A stretch of 64,000 bases of DNA, taken from positions 62,124,001-62,188,000 of the forward strand of contig OX597818.1 of assembly GCA_951406725.2 (NCBI GenBank). The letters run 5' to 3'. Positions 1 to 12,719 of the stretch are shown one piece after another. Origin of the DNA: Octopus vulgaris (Eukaryota). The position numbers were made by a program, and so were the translations under genes. The notes below the pieces were generated by a model, which saw nothing but the letters and a program-made list of their open reading frames with translations, searched no databases and was not told the DNA's origin. The first letter of the stretch is position 1. Every line of letters begins with the position of its first letter.

Positions 1-446
1 GTTTGTGTGTGTGCATGTGCGTGTGGATGTGCGTGTGTATGTGTGTTTGTGTGTGTATGTGTATATGTGTGTGTGTTTGTGTGTGTGCGTGCACAGTTCC
101 AATATTTTCAACGTCTATCTTTAAACTTTTGCATTTTTCTTTTCTTTCAGTCATTAAACTGCGGCCATGCTGGGGCACCATCATGAAGGTTTTATTTCTT
201 TGTAGATTAAGTAGGCGTAATTTACCCCTACTTTTCAATCTCAGTATGTAAGCTACGCATAGTACTGCTGTAGTACACGTGCTGCGTACACTCCTACAAC
301 ACCGTTTTTTTATGTATTATAAAAGCAGACATAGATCTGTCTTCAACACAGCCGCGCGCCTGTGTTTCGCTTATTTTTTGTGTGTTTTACTACATAAAGG
401 TTACCAACTGCTTACCCTGAGTAATTATTGACAGTACATGCCTGAA

Positions 447-525
<79 letters not shown>

Positions 526-540
526 TATACACACACACAC

Positions 541-736
541 ACAAAAAGCAAAAGACGAAGACGGGTGTGTAAACAACAAACATATGTATTAGTTTTACTC
601 TCGGGAAGTGAGAAAGTCTTTTACGTTTCGAGCCGACGCTCTTCAACAGAAAGGAACATAGAAATAAACAGGGAGAGAAAATAGAAAAGGTTTAGTGGCT
701 AGCGATCTGTCATGGCGAATGCCGGACAGCGGGGTC
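541..736 (-). mobile_element. Penelope-like mini-element with hammerhead-like motif (618-653)
   Basis: Minus strand reads CTTT-CTGTTGAA-GAGC-GTCG-GCTC-GAAA-CG-TA-AAAG; flanked by (TA)n/(CA)n and (CATA)n. Confidence 0.6.
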
Positions 737-820
737 ATATACATACATACATACATACATGCATACATGCATACATGCATACATGCATACATACATACAT
801 ACATACATACATACATACAT

Positions 821-1022
821 AGTTAATCCAAACATGAACAAAGAGAAAGCACAACGACGCGAGGACGTGGAACAAGTATAGTGTTATAGGACGCTCAGGA
901 AAGGAAAGAAAAAGGAGGATTTAACGTTTCGAGCGGGGCTCTTCGTCAGACATATAGAAAAAGGAAAATCCAAGGAAGGGAAGACGGAGAAAGAAAATCG
1001 GCAACGATACACACGCGGTCAC
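821..1022 (-). mobile_element. Penelope-like mini-element with hammerhead motif (920-951)
   Basis: Minus strand reads CTGACGA-A-GAGC-CCC-GCTC-GAAA-CG-TT; flanked by (CATA)n and (TATG)-type repeats. Confidence 0.65.
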
Positions 1023-2140
1023 ATGTATGTAGGTATGTATATATGTATATATCAAGCCCACGGCTATGGTAAGACCATCTACAATATTCAAAGTGGATTG
1101 AGGTAGAATAAATTATATATATCGATGTCTCACAGAAGCCCGTTCCTCTGTTGTCATTAAAACAAAAACGGCGTAAGATTTATATAGAATTATTGAATAA
1201 ATTTCCACATACGGATTATATTCCTCTTGTTGAATAGTCTGTGAACAATATTGTAATGAATGCTTTTCAAAATATTATTCCGACTAGAATCAAGATTAAT
1301 AAAGAAATTCTTGTAAATCTTCTTAATTGCTAAGTCTAAGCGAATTATTGCTAATATCATTAATGCTCAAGTTTCTTCGAATTCAATACCATAATGTTGC
1401 CTGATATTGTTACTGGCCATTTTAATCATAGCCGAATATCGATCCTATTGTATGTATTCGGTAAATAAACACAGCAATGGCAACTGCAGCCGTCTCTGAT
1501 AGATTAAAGTTTAAACTCTTCTAAGACTGTTCACCGGCTGTAAATAATGAACAATTACCGGCAGATGGGCGTCTTTTATTTCTTAATTCCATCTAACGTA
1601 AAAAGATTCTCAAACCACTTTCGTTCTTGCTATATTGACCTCGTACAGTACTCACAACGTTCAGCATTTCTTTCTGCAAAGATGGCTGCTGAGATTTTGT
1701 TAAGGAAATCGGCGTTTAATTTCGGAACAATCAGTTTCAGCCGTTGATTTTATATGGAGTGGCAGTGGAATAGAAAATTTCCCTCTACCAAATATTGTCA
1801 ACTAAGTGGGTTATTTAGGTGAATTAAATAGTTTTATGATGGGTTATATGAGAGAAACAGACAAGTAATTTAGATTTCATTAAATAAATATAAAAAAAAA
1901 AATGTGTGGAATAAAACTTGGACCTGTGTTAAATGATACGGAGAGACTATGTTGCTTGGTAAAAGCACTAGAGATATAGTAACTAGTATAGCCGGAGAGG
2001 AACATAGAACCTGAGAGAGAGAGGGGGGGAAGAGAGAGAGAGAGGTTTGTTATTGGTAGAGAAACATAGTAACTGATATATAGAGACACGTTTAGGAACT
2101 GACACTCAGTACATACACACATACACACACATATATATGT

Positions 2141-2444
2141 GGAGGCGCAAGGGCCCAGTGGTTAGGGCAGCAGACTCGCGGTCGTAGAATCGCGGTTTCG
2201 ATTCCCAGACCGGTCGTTGTGAGTATTTATTGAGCGAAAACACCTAAAGCTCCACGAGGCTCCGGCAGGAGGGTGGTAGCGATCCCTGCTGTACTTTTTC
2301 GCCACAACTTTCTCTCACTCTTTCTTCTGTTGGCCTACTCGCTTAGCCAGCGGGGTGGCGTCATTTGAAGGCTAAAACAGTGCGAAGCGCATTGTGACCA
2401 GCGATGTGTAGCGACATCTGATAGCCTGGTCGGTCACGGTCACG

Positions 2445-2448
<4 letters not shown>
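2141..2448 (+). mobile_element. tRNA-derived SINE family A (resembles octopus OR-type SINEs), full length
   Basis: tRNA-like head GGAGGCGCAA(T)GGCCCAGTGGTTAGG with B box GGTTTCGATTCC; near-identical copy at 29238-29546. Confidence 0.85.
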
Positions 2449-2501
<53 letters not shown>

Positions 2502-3322
2502 GTACCCATATATCTCTCACGCACGCACTCACACACATACACATATACATACACGTATATATACATATGTACATGCATAGATCGAGATAGATAAAGAAAG
2601 AGAAGACGAGAGACACACAGACAGACATATAGAGATAGACGGCCAATAGCAGAGTAGTTAGAGAGTCAGATTATTTTACGGTGATCGTTTCGACTCCGTA
2701 TAATCTGACTTCAAACTCCACCGAGGTTAATTTTGCCTTTCGGGGTCGATAAATAAAGTACTAGTCCTCTGCTAAGGTTGATTTTTCACTATTTCTCGCT
2801 GCCTTTCTGTCTTTCTGCCTCTCTTTCTGGAAAAAAAATCAGCCAGGTCTAAACTTACCCAAGGCACGCTGTATGCCACAGTGCTCCCTCTGATGACTCC
2901 ATCAAGGTGCTCAGGGTTTAAGGGACCAAAGCAAGGTTTCTCTTTTCGTTCTCCTTCACTCGCGGACGCCGGCTCCAACTCCAGAGCAAAGTAGGTCTTT
3001 CATTGGAGTTTTCATTGCGTCAGTGTTGAACCAACTGCACAGTTCGCCAGCTCCCAGGCATGGTGTTTCTACCAGACACCAATCGTGTTGATGACCGTTG
3101 GCTTAAAATGAGCTCGTCCGTCTAACAACAAGTCTTGTTTTTAGTCCTACAGAATGTCCACAACATCCTTCTTACTTGGCGAGCGAGGTGGGAACTGGTG
3201 TCACCGCTGGTCATTCAACGATGAAACAGGTAGTATCGAGTGATATGGTGTCTGTAGCAGGACATTCCTGACCTGACCAGGAAGCAAAGCTTCAAGTGAA
3301 GTATATATAATGTAACAGTAAT

Positions 3323-3600
3323 AGGCGTAGGAGTGGCTGTGTGGTATGTAGCTTGCTAACCAACCACATGGTTCCGGGTTCAGTCCCACTGCGTGGCCTG
3401 TGTTTGTCCCCCTAGCATTGCTTGACAACCGATGCTGGTGTGTTTACGTCCTTGTCACTTAGCGGTTCGGCAAAAGAGACCGATAGAATAAGTACTGGGC
3501 TTACAAAGAATAAGTCCTGGGGTCGATTTGCTCGACTAAAGGCGGTGCTCCAGCATGGCCGCAGCCAAATGACTGAAACAAGTAAAAGAGTCAAAGAGTA
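3323..3600 (+). mobile_element. tRNA-derived SINE family B, internally deleted
   Basis: Head GGCGTAGGAGTGGCTGTGTGG..GGTTCAGTCCC; tail GGCGGTGCTCCAGCATGGCC..GAAAC followed by (AAAGAGT) repeats; many copies in window. Confidence 0.85.
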
Positions 3601-3629
3601 TCAAAAGGTAATTGTTATAGTGAAAAATA

Positions 3630-4500
3630 TCAGGTCATCCCATAAGTTCTGTCCGATTTTACCTTTTTTAAAATTGAATGAAATTTGATAGTATTTTAGA
3701 ATGTCTAAGGGAATAAAGAATTATTTTTATACATTTGTGTACATTTAAACTAATTCAATATTATTTTACAGAATAATAGAATTAAAATTTCTATGATTAA
3801 AACCTTTTCTAACATGGAAGTATCCAAAGAGCATTTGAGGCACATAATGCTTTATGAGTACAAAAAAGGAAACTCAAGAATACTTGAATGAAAGAACTTG
3901 CAGAAGATTGTTTGCAAAATCAGCCTTGAAGATGAAGATCGAATAGGATGTCCAATTGAGTTTCAAGATAAGCTCCTTGAAGCATTACTTGAAGACAATC
4001 CTGCATTATCAGTTGAAGAATTAGCAATAAAGCTTAGTTCAAACAATACTACTGTTCATCGTCATCTTCAACAACTTGGAAAGGTTCCGAAAGCAACCGC
4101 AAATCCCGAGTTGACATCTGCTCTTCTCTCCATTCTCGCGAACTACTTTCACCCTTTTTGGATAGACTTGCGACTGGTGACTAAAAATGGATATTCTATC
4201 GAAATGTTAAACGTCGTAAACAGTGGCTTTGTAAAAAGGAAAAAGCTTAGCCACAAAACGAGAAGGGAACTTCGTGGGAAAAAGATTCTTCTCTCTATCT
4301 GGTGGGATTGCAAAGGAGTAATTCCCTTTGAATTGTTACCACCTAATGCAACAATCAATGCTGAAGTCTGCTGTCAGCAATTAGAGCCTTTGAACCAAGC
4401 TTTGAAGTAAAAAAAGACCCACTTTAGTGATGTTTCATCAGGTCAATGCGCGACCCCACACTGCAACGATCACATCGCAGAAGATCGAAGAGCTTGGCTG
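3630..4500 (+). mobile_element. Mariner transposon relic with frameshifted, 3'-truncated transposase
   Basis: TA plus TIR-like end; MEVSKEHLRHIMLYEYKKG from 3814; LEDEDRIG; KKILLSIWWDCKGVIPFELLP; HQVNARPH (HDNARPH-like). Confidence 0.9.
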
Positions 4501-4806
4501 AGCGAGCAGGCCAGCATTCCCCGTTTTCAGAAGGTCAGCCATCTAGAGCTGAGTTGAATGGAGCAACCTGACCCCTAAACCACTTGAACGCACGCCTTCA
4601 CATATACATACTGCACATTTACACCACATAAATATTAGTTACTATTTAGCAGCAGTGTTTATTCACGATAACAATGGCTTTTGCATCCGTTATTATACGA
4701 CTACTCTGTTTATACCAGATAAGAACGACTATTTGTATTAGTTACTATATAGCTAAGGTGTTTACATAACATAGCCATTGGCTATTAGTATTGCTATAAC
4801 TGCAGT

Positions 4807-5405
4807 AAGGCGGCGAGCTGGCAGAAATGTTAGCACGCCGGGCGAAATGCGTAGCCGTATTTCGTCTGCCGCTACGTTCTGAGTTCAAATTCCGCCGAGG
4901 TCGACTTTGCCTTTTATCCTTTAGGGTCGATTAAATAAGTAGCAGTTACGCATTGGGGTCCATATAATCGACCTAATCCGTTTGTCTGTCCTTGTTTGTC
5001 CTCTCTGTGTTTAGCCCCTTGTGGGTAGTAAAGAAATAGGTATTTCGTCTGCCGCTACGTTCTGTGTTCAAACTCCGCCGAGATCGACTTTACCTTTCAT
5101 CCTTTCGGGGTCGATAAATAAAGTATCAGTTACGCACTGGGGTCGATGTAATCGACTTAATCCGTTTGTCTGTCCTTGTTTGTCCTCTCTGTGTTTAGCC
5201 CCTTGTGGGTAGTAATGAAATAGAAATAGGTATTTCGTCCTCCTCTACGTTCTCTGTTCAAGTTCCGCCGAAGTCGACTTTGCCTTTCATCCTTTCGGGG
5301 TCGATTAAATAAGTACCAGTGACGCACTAGGGTTGATATAATCGACTCAATCCCTATGTCCTTGTTTGTCCCCTCTGTATTTAGCCCCTTGTGGGCAATA
5401 AAGAC
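4807..5405 (+). mobile_element. SINE family D (MetaSINE-like core), head plus three tandem ~185-bp units
   Basis: AAGGCGGCGAGCTGGCAGAA head; core GTCGACTTTGCCTTTCATCCTTTCGGGGTCGATAAA..AGTACCAG occurs three times. Confidence 0.85.
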
Positions 5406-6794
5406 ATATATTTATCGAAGAGGAAAGGGCATCTGGCCACCGACTCGGGCTGCTATAGTTTAGCATCAGTACTGTGGCATGTGTTTTTCTGAGAACCCAA
5501 AAATAAAATCGCAAGGTTTCGTATCGTCGTCGTCGTCACCATCTTTACACTGAAATTAATGCCGTTAAGCAGTCTTTTCTTTGTATTTGGATTAGCATTG
5601 AATGCTTCATCTGCAAGTAAAGATGCTGACGACAAAAATGTATTTGTGGAGACCATCAATCTTATCCAGATTATGCAACACAGATCGATAAAAGAGCCTT
5701 TATAACCTCTCTCGACTTGCCAGAAATAGCAACTCCGCTTTCTTTAAATCATAACCTTCCGACCTAAAAAAAAATGTAAGGCGATATAATCATGGTTGGA
5801 GCGCCTTCTTCGATCAGAGGTCTTTGAAAGGAAGTATTTAGGTTGGTGTTATTCAACAGTGGTGTGTGGGCGGGGACAATCTTGGGTTAGAAAACAGTAG
5901 CAACAACACCAACAACAACACCATGACACGGAAATCGTGGATGTGAGGTGTAAAGGAGGAGTAACAGGTTGACCGAGAATCGAACTCGCATCACTAGATT
6001 GGTTTCTAGATACAAAAATAACGAAAACAAAGAGTTCAAGTGAGTGTTGCTCCAACAGACGAGCTTGTTAGGGAACGACTGACTGTCATTCATTATAAAA
6101 TGGTTTTGGAAGCAGAAAGCAAGAAAAAAAAATAGAGAGAAAAATTGATTATTCCCTTTGGCATCGAGCCATTTATTTATTGGGGAGTCGCAGAGTTGAT
6201 TAACAACGACTCGCCAACACATGCCTTGGACTTATTTTATCGATCAGCGAAATAATAAAAGCTGAATCGACATCACTAGGATTTAAACAGTAAAAATATC
6301 GAAGCAAATATTCCAAATTACTCTGTGAGACATACTGAACTATGTTGCTGCTATTGTTGTTGTTATTGTCGTTGTTGTTGTTGTTGGTGGTGGTGGTGGT
6401 GATGGTGTTTAGTCCTTGGTCGGCCATGTTTGTGTAAATCAAACACGTTTCAACCATGACTAAAAATTCCGCCTTTTATTTGTTTCAGACAACAAATATA
6501 GAATACTCAATAATCACTTGTAGTCGTAGATATTAACTGTAGTATGAGATTTAAGAATCATTTGGTTTCTATTTCTCGCAATCTCAGCAACCATACAGCG
6601 CTCCGCTAGTTCGATAGATTAAACTTTTATCCACCACAGGGCTCAATGTTTTAACCATTAACGGAAATTTGCTGCCGTCGTATTATTGGAAGTAAGAATA
6701 AAAGTATTAGATTGTCTACAAGAAGATCGAGAGTTCAAATTCCATTTGGACGTTCTGATGTATTCTGGACGGAACTGTTATTCTTTTTACTGGC

Positions 6795-6955
6795 CCTCAG
6801 TCGGTGGCGACGATGGAGGTTCCAGTTGATCAGATCAACAGAACAGCCAGCTCGTGAAATTAACGTGTAAGTGGCTGAGCACTCCACAGACACGCGTACC
6901 CTTAACGTAGTTCTCAGGGAGATTCAGAGTAACACAGAAGGGGATAAGGCTAACT
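6795..6955 (-). mobile_element. SINE family C 3' fragment
   Basis: Shares GTGGCTGAGCACTCCACAGACACGCGTACCC with 11945-12238 and 35175-35495. Confidence 0.7.
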
Positions 6956-6980
6956 CTGTTGTAATATATATATATATATA

Positions 6981-7383
6981 CTCTTTACTCTTTTATTTGT
7001 TTCAGTCATTTGAATGTGGCCATGCTGGAGCACCACCTTTTAGCCGAGCAAATCGACCCCAGGACTTATTCTTTGTAAGCCTAGTACTTATTCTATCGGT
7101 GTCTTTTTCCGAACCGTTAAGTTACGGGGACGTAAACACACCAGCATCGGTTGTCAAGCGATTTTGGGGGCGGGGAAAACACAGACACACAAACACATAC
7201 ACATATATATACATATATACGACGGGCTTCTTTCAGTTTCCGTCTACCAAATCCACTCACAAGGCTTTGGTCGGCCCGAGGCTATAGTAGAAGACACTTG
7301 CCCAAGGTGCCACGCAGTGGGACTGAACCCGGAACCATGTGGTTCGTAAGCAAGCTACTTACCACAGAACCACTCCTACACCT
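6981..7383 (-). mobile_element. SINE family B, full length with internal (TA)/(TG) microsatellite
   Basis: Reverse complement of the family B head and tail. Confidence 0.85.
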
Positions 7384-7400
7384 ATATATATATATATATA

Positions 7401-7606
7401 CTTTATTAATAAAGCTGCAAAAACATCACAAAAACTGTTATTCTGAGTTTCATGTTCCCGTTCGTCGGACGACAAAAACTGTGGGACGAACGAGAACGTG
7501 AAACTCTGAGTAATAGATTTTGTGATAAATTTTGCAGTTTTATTAATAAAGCATATTCGAGTACTATTTTTCCCACCTTGTTTCACATTTATGTGCTTAC
7601 TCTGGT
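7401..7606. mobile_element. Foldback Penelope-like mini-element with hammerhead-like centre
   Basis: Imperfect inverted arms 7401-7466 and 7485-7550; same family as 52185-52325 and 60690-60835; within (TA)n. Confidence 0.65.
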
Positions 7607-7989
7607 ATATATATGTATATATACATACATATATATATAATATATCTATATACACATGCACATGCACACATACGCACAAATGCATTTGGCTTTAAAAGAG
7701 ATGAGAGTGAAAGAGAAGGAAAGAGAGAGAGAGAGAGAAGGTGATAGATACATAGATTCACACGCATATAATACATATATACATACGCGCACTCATCCGT
7801 TAAAAAATGCAGTCAGAAAAAACGGGCTTTCTTTGACTCCCAGTAGAATGTTTGCCGCAGATGGACTCTTCTGTGTATTGACAAGTCGCAGCTCATATAT
7901 TGCCCAGAAGAGCCGAAAAGTAAAAGAAAAATGTCGAAACCCATCAGGATGTAGAAGCACTAGGAACATTTTGGTGAAATAGAAATATT

Positions 7990-8300
7990 TAGTTCATTTG
8001 GGAAACCTAAAAATGGCGTTGGTGGATGGGATAGTGTGCAACCAACGGATGGGGAAAGGCCTGGGACGATCAGTAGCCATAAGTTTTGGTCAACGATTCA
8101 GTGCCGAGAATCTGGTATTGAGAACAGATTTTGACGATGCCATTCTCGTCTTTGATATCCGAAAATCTGGCTCGAACTAAAAGACAGGAGAGAAACGGCT
8201 GACTAATGAACATCCAAATCGGTTTCAGATTGCTAAGGACACAAACATAAAAAAATTCGCTTGATATGTGTTGGATATCTTGGTTCTGGGTGTTGTACAT
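7990..8300 (+). pseudogene. Possible highly decayed RTE-type LINE RT C-terminal region
   Basis: SENLARTKRQE resembles SETWTLTK.QE of RTE ORFs; many frame disruptions. Confidence 0.3.
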
Positions 8301-9334
8301 TATTACAAATTCCACAAACACCACGATACATATATTATTAAATTCTTTCGATATTCAAACGATTCCAGGTGCTCCAAAGATGAGACGAGGTAGCAGCGTT
8401 AGCGATATTCCACGCATTCACTGTAAGAATATTCTTGGGAGTAAAGAAAAGACTAAATGTTTGCAACGGTTAATGAAAAGCGAGAGATGTCATCTCGCCA
8501 CCGATGAAACTAACAGAGGAAAGTGACCTAACACAGAAGAGGGCGGCGGATGCATTGGCGGAGCTCTTATGCTTAATCCTCTATTCCTAAGGACATCCAC
8601 TTAGCAAGTAATCTTGACCTGAGATGACATCTATTTAGCAAAGCATCTAGCAGAAAGTGGCACTTTGGCTCCTACAGTCCGTGTCCTTTGGTCAATGTGT
8701 GAAATTTCACGTTAATAGGTTGCTGTCCACTTATCATTCATCTGTGTTCTCTGATGGATATTTTTGTTTTTTTTTCTTTTTACTGATTTCAATCAAAATA
8801 TCGAAGCCATGTTGGAACACGACTGGAAAGGTTTTTGGTTGATTTTATCGCTGCTAGTGTTTTTGTCTGGTGCTGGTTTTATTGGTTTTCTAAGATAGAA
8901 ATATACAAAGTAGGTTTTGGAGGGAGGAGAGGAGAAATAACTCGGTTATGAACGCCACAAGGCACTCTTGTCTGAATGTGCCATTTCCACATTTCACCTC
9001 AAGCTGATATAAATATACACAAACACATGCACACACATACACAAACACGCACACACACATGCAGACACGCACACACGAATGCACATACATGCACACAGAT
9101 ATAGACAGACACACACACGCACACACACATGCACACAGACAAGACACACAGACGCACATGCACACAGACACACACACATGCACACAAACACAGACACAGA
9201 CACAGAAACACGCACACACACATGCACACAGACACAGACATACATACAGACACACATACACACGCACACACACTCATACAGGCACACACACATGCACACA
9301 GACACAAACACACACACACAGCTAGATGTTTTAT

Positions 9335-9725
9335 CTTTCATTCTGTATTCGTTTCAGTCATTTGACTGCGGCCATGCTGGAGCACCACTTTGAAGGGATT
9401 TTAGTCGAACAAATCGACCCCAGGACTTATTCTTTAAAGCCTAGTAATTATTGTAACGGTCTTTTTTGCCGAACCACTAAGTTAATGGGACGTGAACACA
9501 CCCACACCAGTTGTCAACGGGTACCCTCAACGTAATTGTCAGAGCGATTCAGCATGGCACAATGTGACAGGGTTGGCCCCTTTGTAATTACAGGTACAAC
9601 TCATCTTTGTCAGGTGAGTGGACTGGAACCGTGAAGTAAAGTGTCTTGCTCAAGGACATAACGCGCCGCTGTGGATCGAACTCACGATCTCGAGTCGAAT
9701 GTCCTAACCACTAAGCCACGCGCCT
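9335..9725 (-). mobile_element. Adjacent SINE B (3' part) and SINE C fragments
   Basis: SINE B tail at 9350-9520; SINE C head ending CTAACCACTAAGCCACGCGCC near 9725. Confidence 0.7.
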
Positions 9726-9965
9726 TGATTTTGCTGAAGCAGTAATCAAAGAACCACGACGAAAATATAACTCAGACAATGTAACTCAGGGACGCGATCC
9801 GCACTGAAACAATAGTTAAGTTAATGTTAGTATATTTAATGTTGGAATTGTTTCAAATAATTTTGGAAATAATTAAAAGATCATTATTAATTAAATAATG
9901 TCCTCACCGCTTAATTATTTCTAGTTTCCTTTTTAAAGCTATCCGAATTATTTATCTTGTGGCGT

Positions 9966-10190
9966 AAGATGGCGAGCTGGCAGAAACGTTAGCGCGCCGG
10001 ATAAGATGCTTAACGGCATTTCGTCCGTTTTTACGTTCTGAGTTCAAATTCCGCCGAGGTCGACTTTGTCTTTCATCCTTTCGGGGTCGATAAATGAAGT
10101 ACCAGTGAAACAATGCAGTGGATGTACTCGACTAGTCCCCACCCACCAAAAATTTCAGGCCTTGTGCATATAGCAGAAAGGACTATTATT
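9966..10190 (+). mobile_element. SINE family D (older tail type)
   Basis: Head, Meta-like core and tail CAGGCCTTGTGC..AGAAAGG. Confidence 0.8.
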
Positions 10191-11207
10191 ACGTTCTGAG
10201 CTCAACAGTTGTTTATTTATGCAGATGGCGTGTCTAGATTATTTGTTCTTCAAATGAGATTTAGTCATTTGTGGTGAATATATAGTAATAAAAAGAAGTT
10301 TGTGTCGAGTAACTGAAACTTCAACATGGTTTCCATATTGAGTTGAAGCCGTATTATTTACTTACTTATGCCACTGGGAGAAGTATGAACTTCACACCTC
10401 GTATTTTTTCTGTCCTTAAACATAGGACATTTGTGCATAGAGAATTATACATACCAGAACGAAGATATTTAAACTAGACATTATTTAAACGAGACAAAAT
10501 TTTATGACAGGAAGCAATACAGTCAATTTAATTTGTTTTTGAGAAAAGCAGCTATTTTAATATTACTTACATTCTTGAGAGAACTTGTAGAGGAGACTTA
10601 TGTATTTGGTGAATTCAATTTGATTCATTCTTAAGAAATCAACCAATCAGGTTCGATATATGATTATTTCGAAAGTCTTGCGAGTTCTATACGATTAATA
10701 ATGTGAGAAAGTCTTCTTTACAAACTTGCCAGACAGTGTCTCTTTACAGTTTCATAAACTTACAACTTTATCTTAGCTTTTGTGATGCGTTTCCACAAAT
10801 TTAAAGCCATTTTCGTTTTTGCACATTTAACCAGTTTGTTCATTTCGTGTTTTAGATGATTAAATTATCAAGTTATCAGCTTCCAAACAGAAAGAATCGA
10901 CAGTATGCATCCAGTTACAAAGAAACAATGACTGACTAGACGAATAGTGTGGCTTCTCGAAAATTTTAACCGATATGTGAACAGTTAAATTCCCAGCCGT
11001 AGAGAACGTCTGTGGCTAAGACACAACTCTCAGTAGATTGGTCTGTTTAGCTGTATGAAACACCAGGAAACGGATTCCAGTGTAAAATTGGCGAAACGTC
11101 CCTTCTTTTTTTTGCATTGGTTTCGGTCTTTATTTGATGTTATTGTTATAATTTTATCGTCATCTCCCCAAAATGAAGTTAAGACTGGATGAATATTATC
11201 TTGCGGC

Positions 11208-11840
11208 GTAAGATGGTGAGCCAACAGAACCGTTAGCACGGCGGGCAAAATGCTTAGCGGCATTTCGTCCGTCTTTACGTTCTGAGTTCAAATTCCGCCG
11301 AGGTCGACTTTGTCTTTCATCCTTTCGGGGTCGATAAATGAAGTACCAGTGAAACACTGGAGTGAATGTACTCGACTAGTCCCCTCTCACCAAAAATTTC
11401 AGGCCTTGTGCATATAGCAGAAAAAAACTATTATTCTCAAACGAGGCAAAGGCGGTGAGCTGGCAGAATCGTTAGCACGCCGGACGAAATGCATAGCGGT
11501 ATTTCGTCTGCCGCTACGTTCTGAGTTCAAATTCCGCCGAGGTCGACTTTGCCTTTCATCCTTTCGGGGTCGATTAAATAAGTACCAGTTACGCACTAGG
11601 GTCGATGTGATCGACTTAATCCGTTTGTCTGCCCTTGTTTGTCCTCTCTGTGTTTAGCCCCTTGTGGGTAGTAAAGAAATAGGTATTTCGTCTGTCTTTA
11701 CGTTCTGAGTTCAAATTCTGCTGAGATCAGCATTGCCTTTCATCCTTTGATTAAATAAGTGCCAGTTGATTACTGCGGTCGATATAATCGACTGGCCCCT
11801 ACCCTGATATTTCAGGCCTTGTATCTTCAGTAGGAAAAAT
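11208..11840 (+). mobile_element. Two to three consecutive SINE D copies
   Basis: Heads at ~11208 and ~11449; internal re-entry at ~11682. Confidence 0.8.
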
Positions 11841-11944
11841 TATTCATCTTGGGCTGTTTTTATAAGCCAAGACACATTTGCTGGATCGTTTCATCCTGCT
11901 TTAAATAATTGCTATGAGGTAATATACAGGTTACCATTTAAACT

Positions 11945-12238
11945 GCCATTCCATCGATTATGACGATGAGGGCATCAGTTGATCCGATCAATGGAACAAC
12001 CTGTTCGAGAAATTAACGTGGAAGTGGCTGAGTACTCCACAGACACGCGTACCCGTGACGTAGTCCACGGGGAGATTCAGTGTGACAAAGAATGTGATAG
12101 GGCTGCCCCTTTAAAATACAGGTGTTTCTCATTTTTGCAAGCTCAGGGGACTGAAGCAAGGTGTCTTGCTCAAGGACACACTGCACTGCTGGCAATCGAA
12201 CTCACAACCTCACGATCGTGAGCAGAGTACGCTAACCA
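11945..12238 (-). mobile_element. SINE family C
   Basis: tRNA-like head (GTGGTTAG..GAGTTCGATT) and body shared with 35175-35495. Confidence 0.75.
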
Positions 12239-12254
12239 CATTACGATCAACTAT

Positions 12255-12485
12255 ATATTTCTTTATTGCCCACAAGGGGCTAAACATAGAGACAAACAAT
12301 GACAGACAAACGGATTAAGTCAATTACATCGATGCCAGTGCGTAACTGGTACTTAATTTATCGACCCCGAAAGGATGAAAGGCAAAGTCGACCTCGGCGG
12401 AATTTGAACTCAGAACGTAACGGCAAACAAAATACTGCTAAGCATTTCGCCCGGCGGGCTAACGTTTCTGCCAGCTCGCCGCCTT
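12255..12485 (-). mobile_element. Young SINE D with 15-bp target-site duplication
   Basis: ATTACGATCAACTAT at 12240-12254 and 12486-12500. Confidence 0.9.
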
Positions 12486-12719
12486 ATTACGATCAACTAT
12501 GAAGCCAAACTTCGAGCGATAAACATCGTTGATCAGAAAACAACAAATTATTACTGGTATTTAAATCACGAACCCATTGAGGGCGAAAAGACAAGGTGAC
12601 ACAGATGCGAACTGATATTATGATGAAGAAATGCTAAACTATGTCGAGTCCAAATGACTATGTTCAGAGTCTTATCGTTTGGGCCATCACATCGCATTTG
12701 ACGTCCGTTTTATTATTAA

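Noticed and set aside
1600-1780. Gene start at AAGATGGCTGCT (YY1-like)
   Set aside because: ORF closes after ~20 codons and there is no other support.
2141-2215. tRNA gene
   Set aside because: Head of a multi-copy SINE, continuous with the SINE body.
4807-5405. CRISPR-like array
   Set aside because: Tandem SINE units without unique spacers, in eukaryotic DNA.
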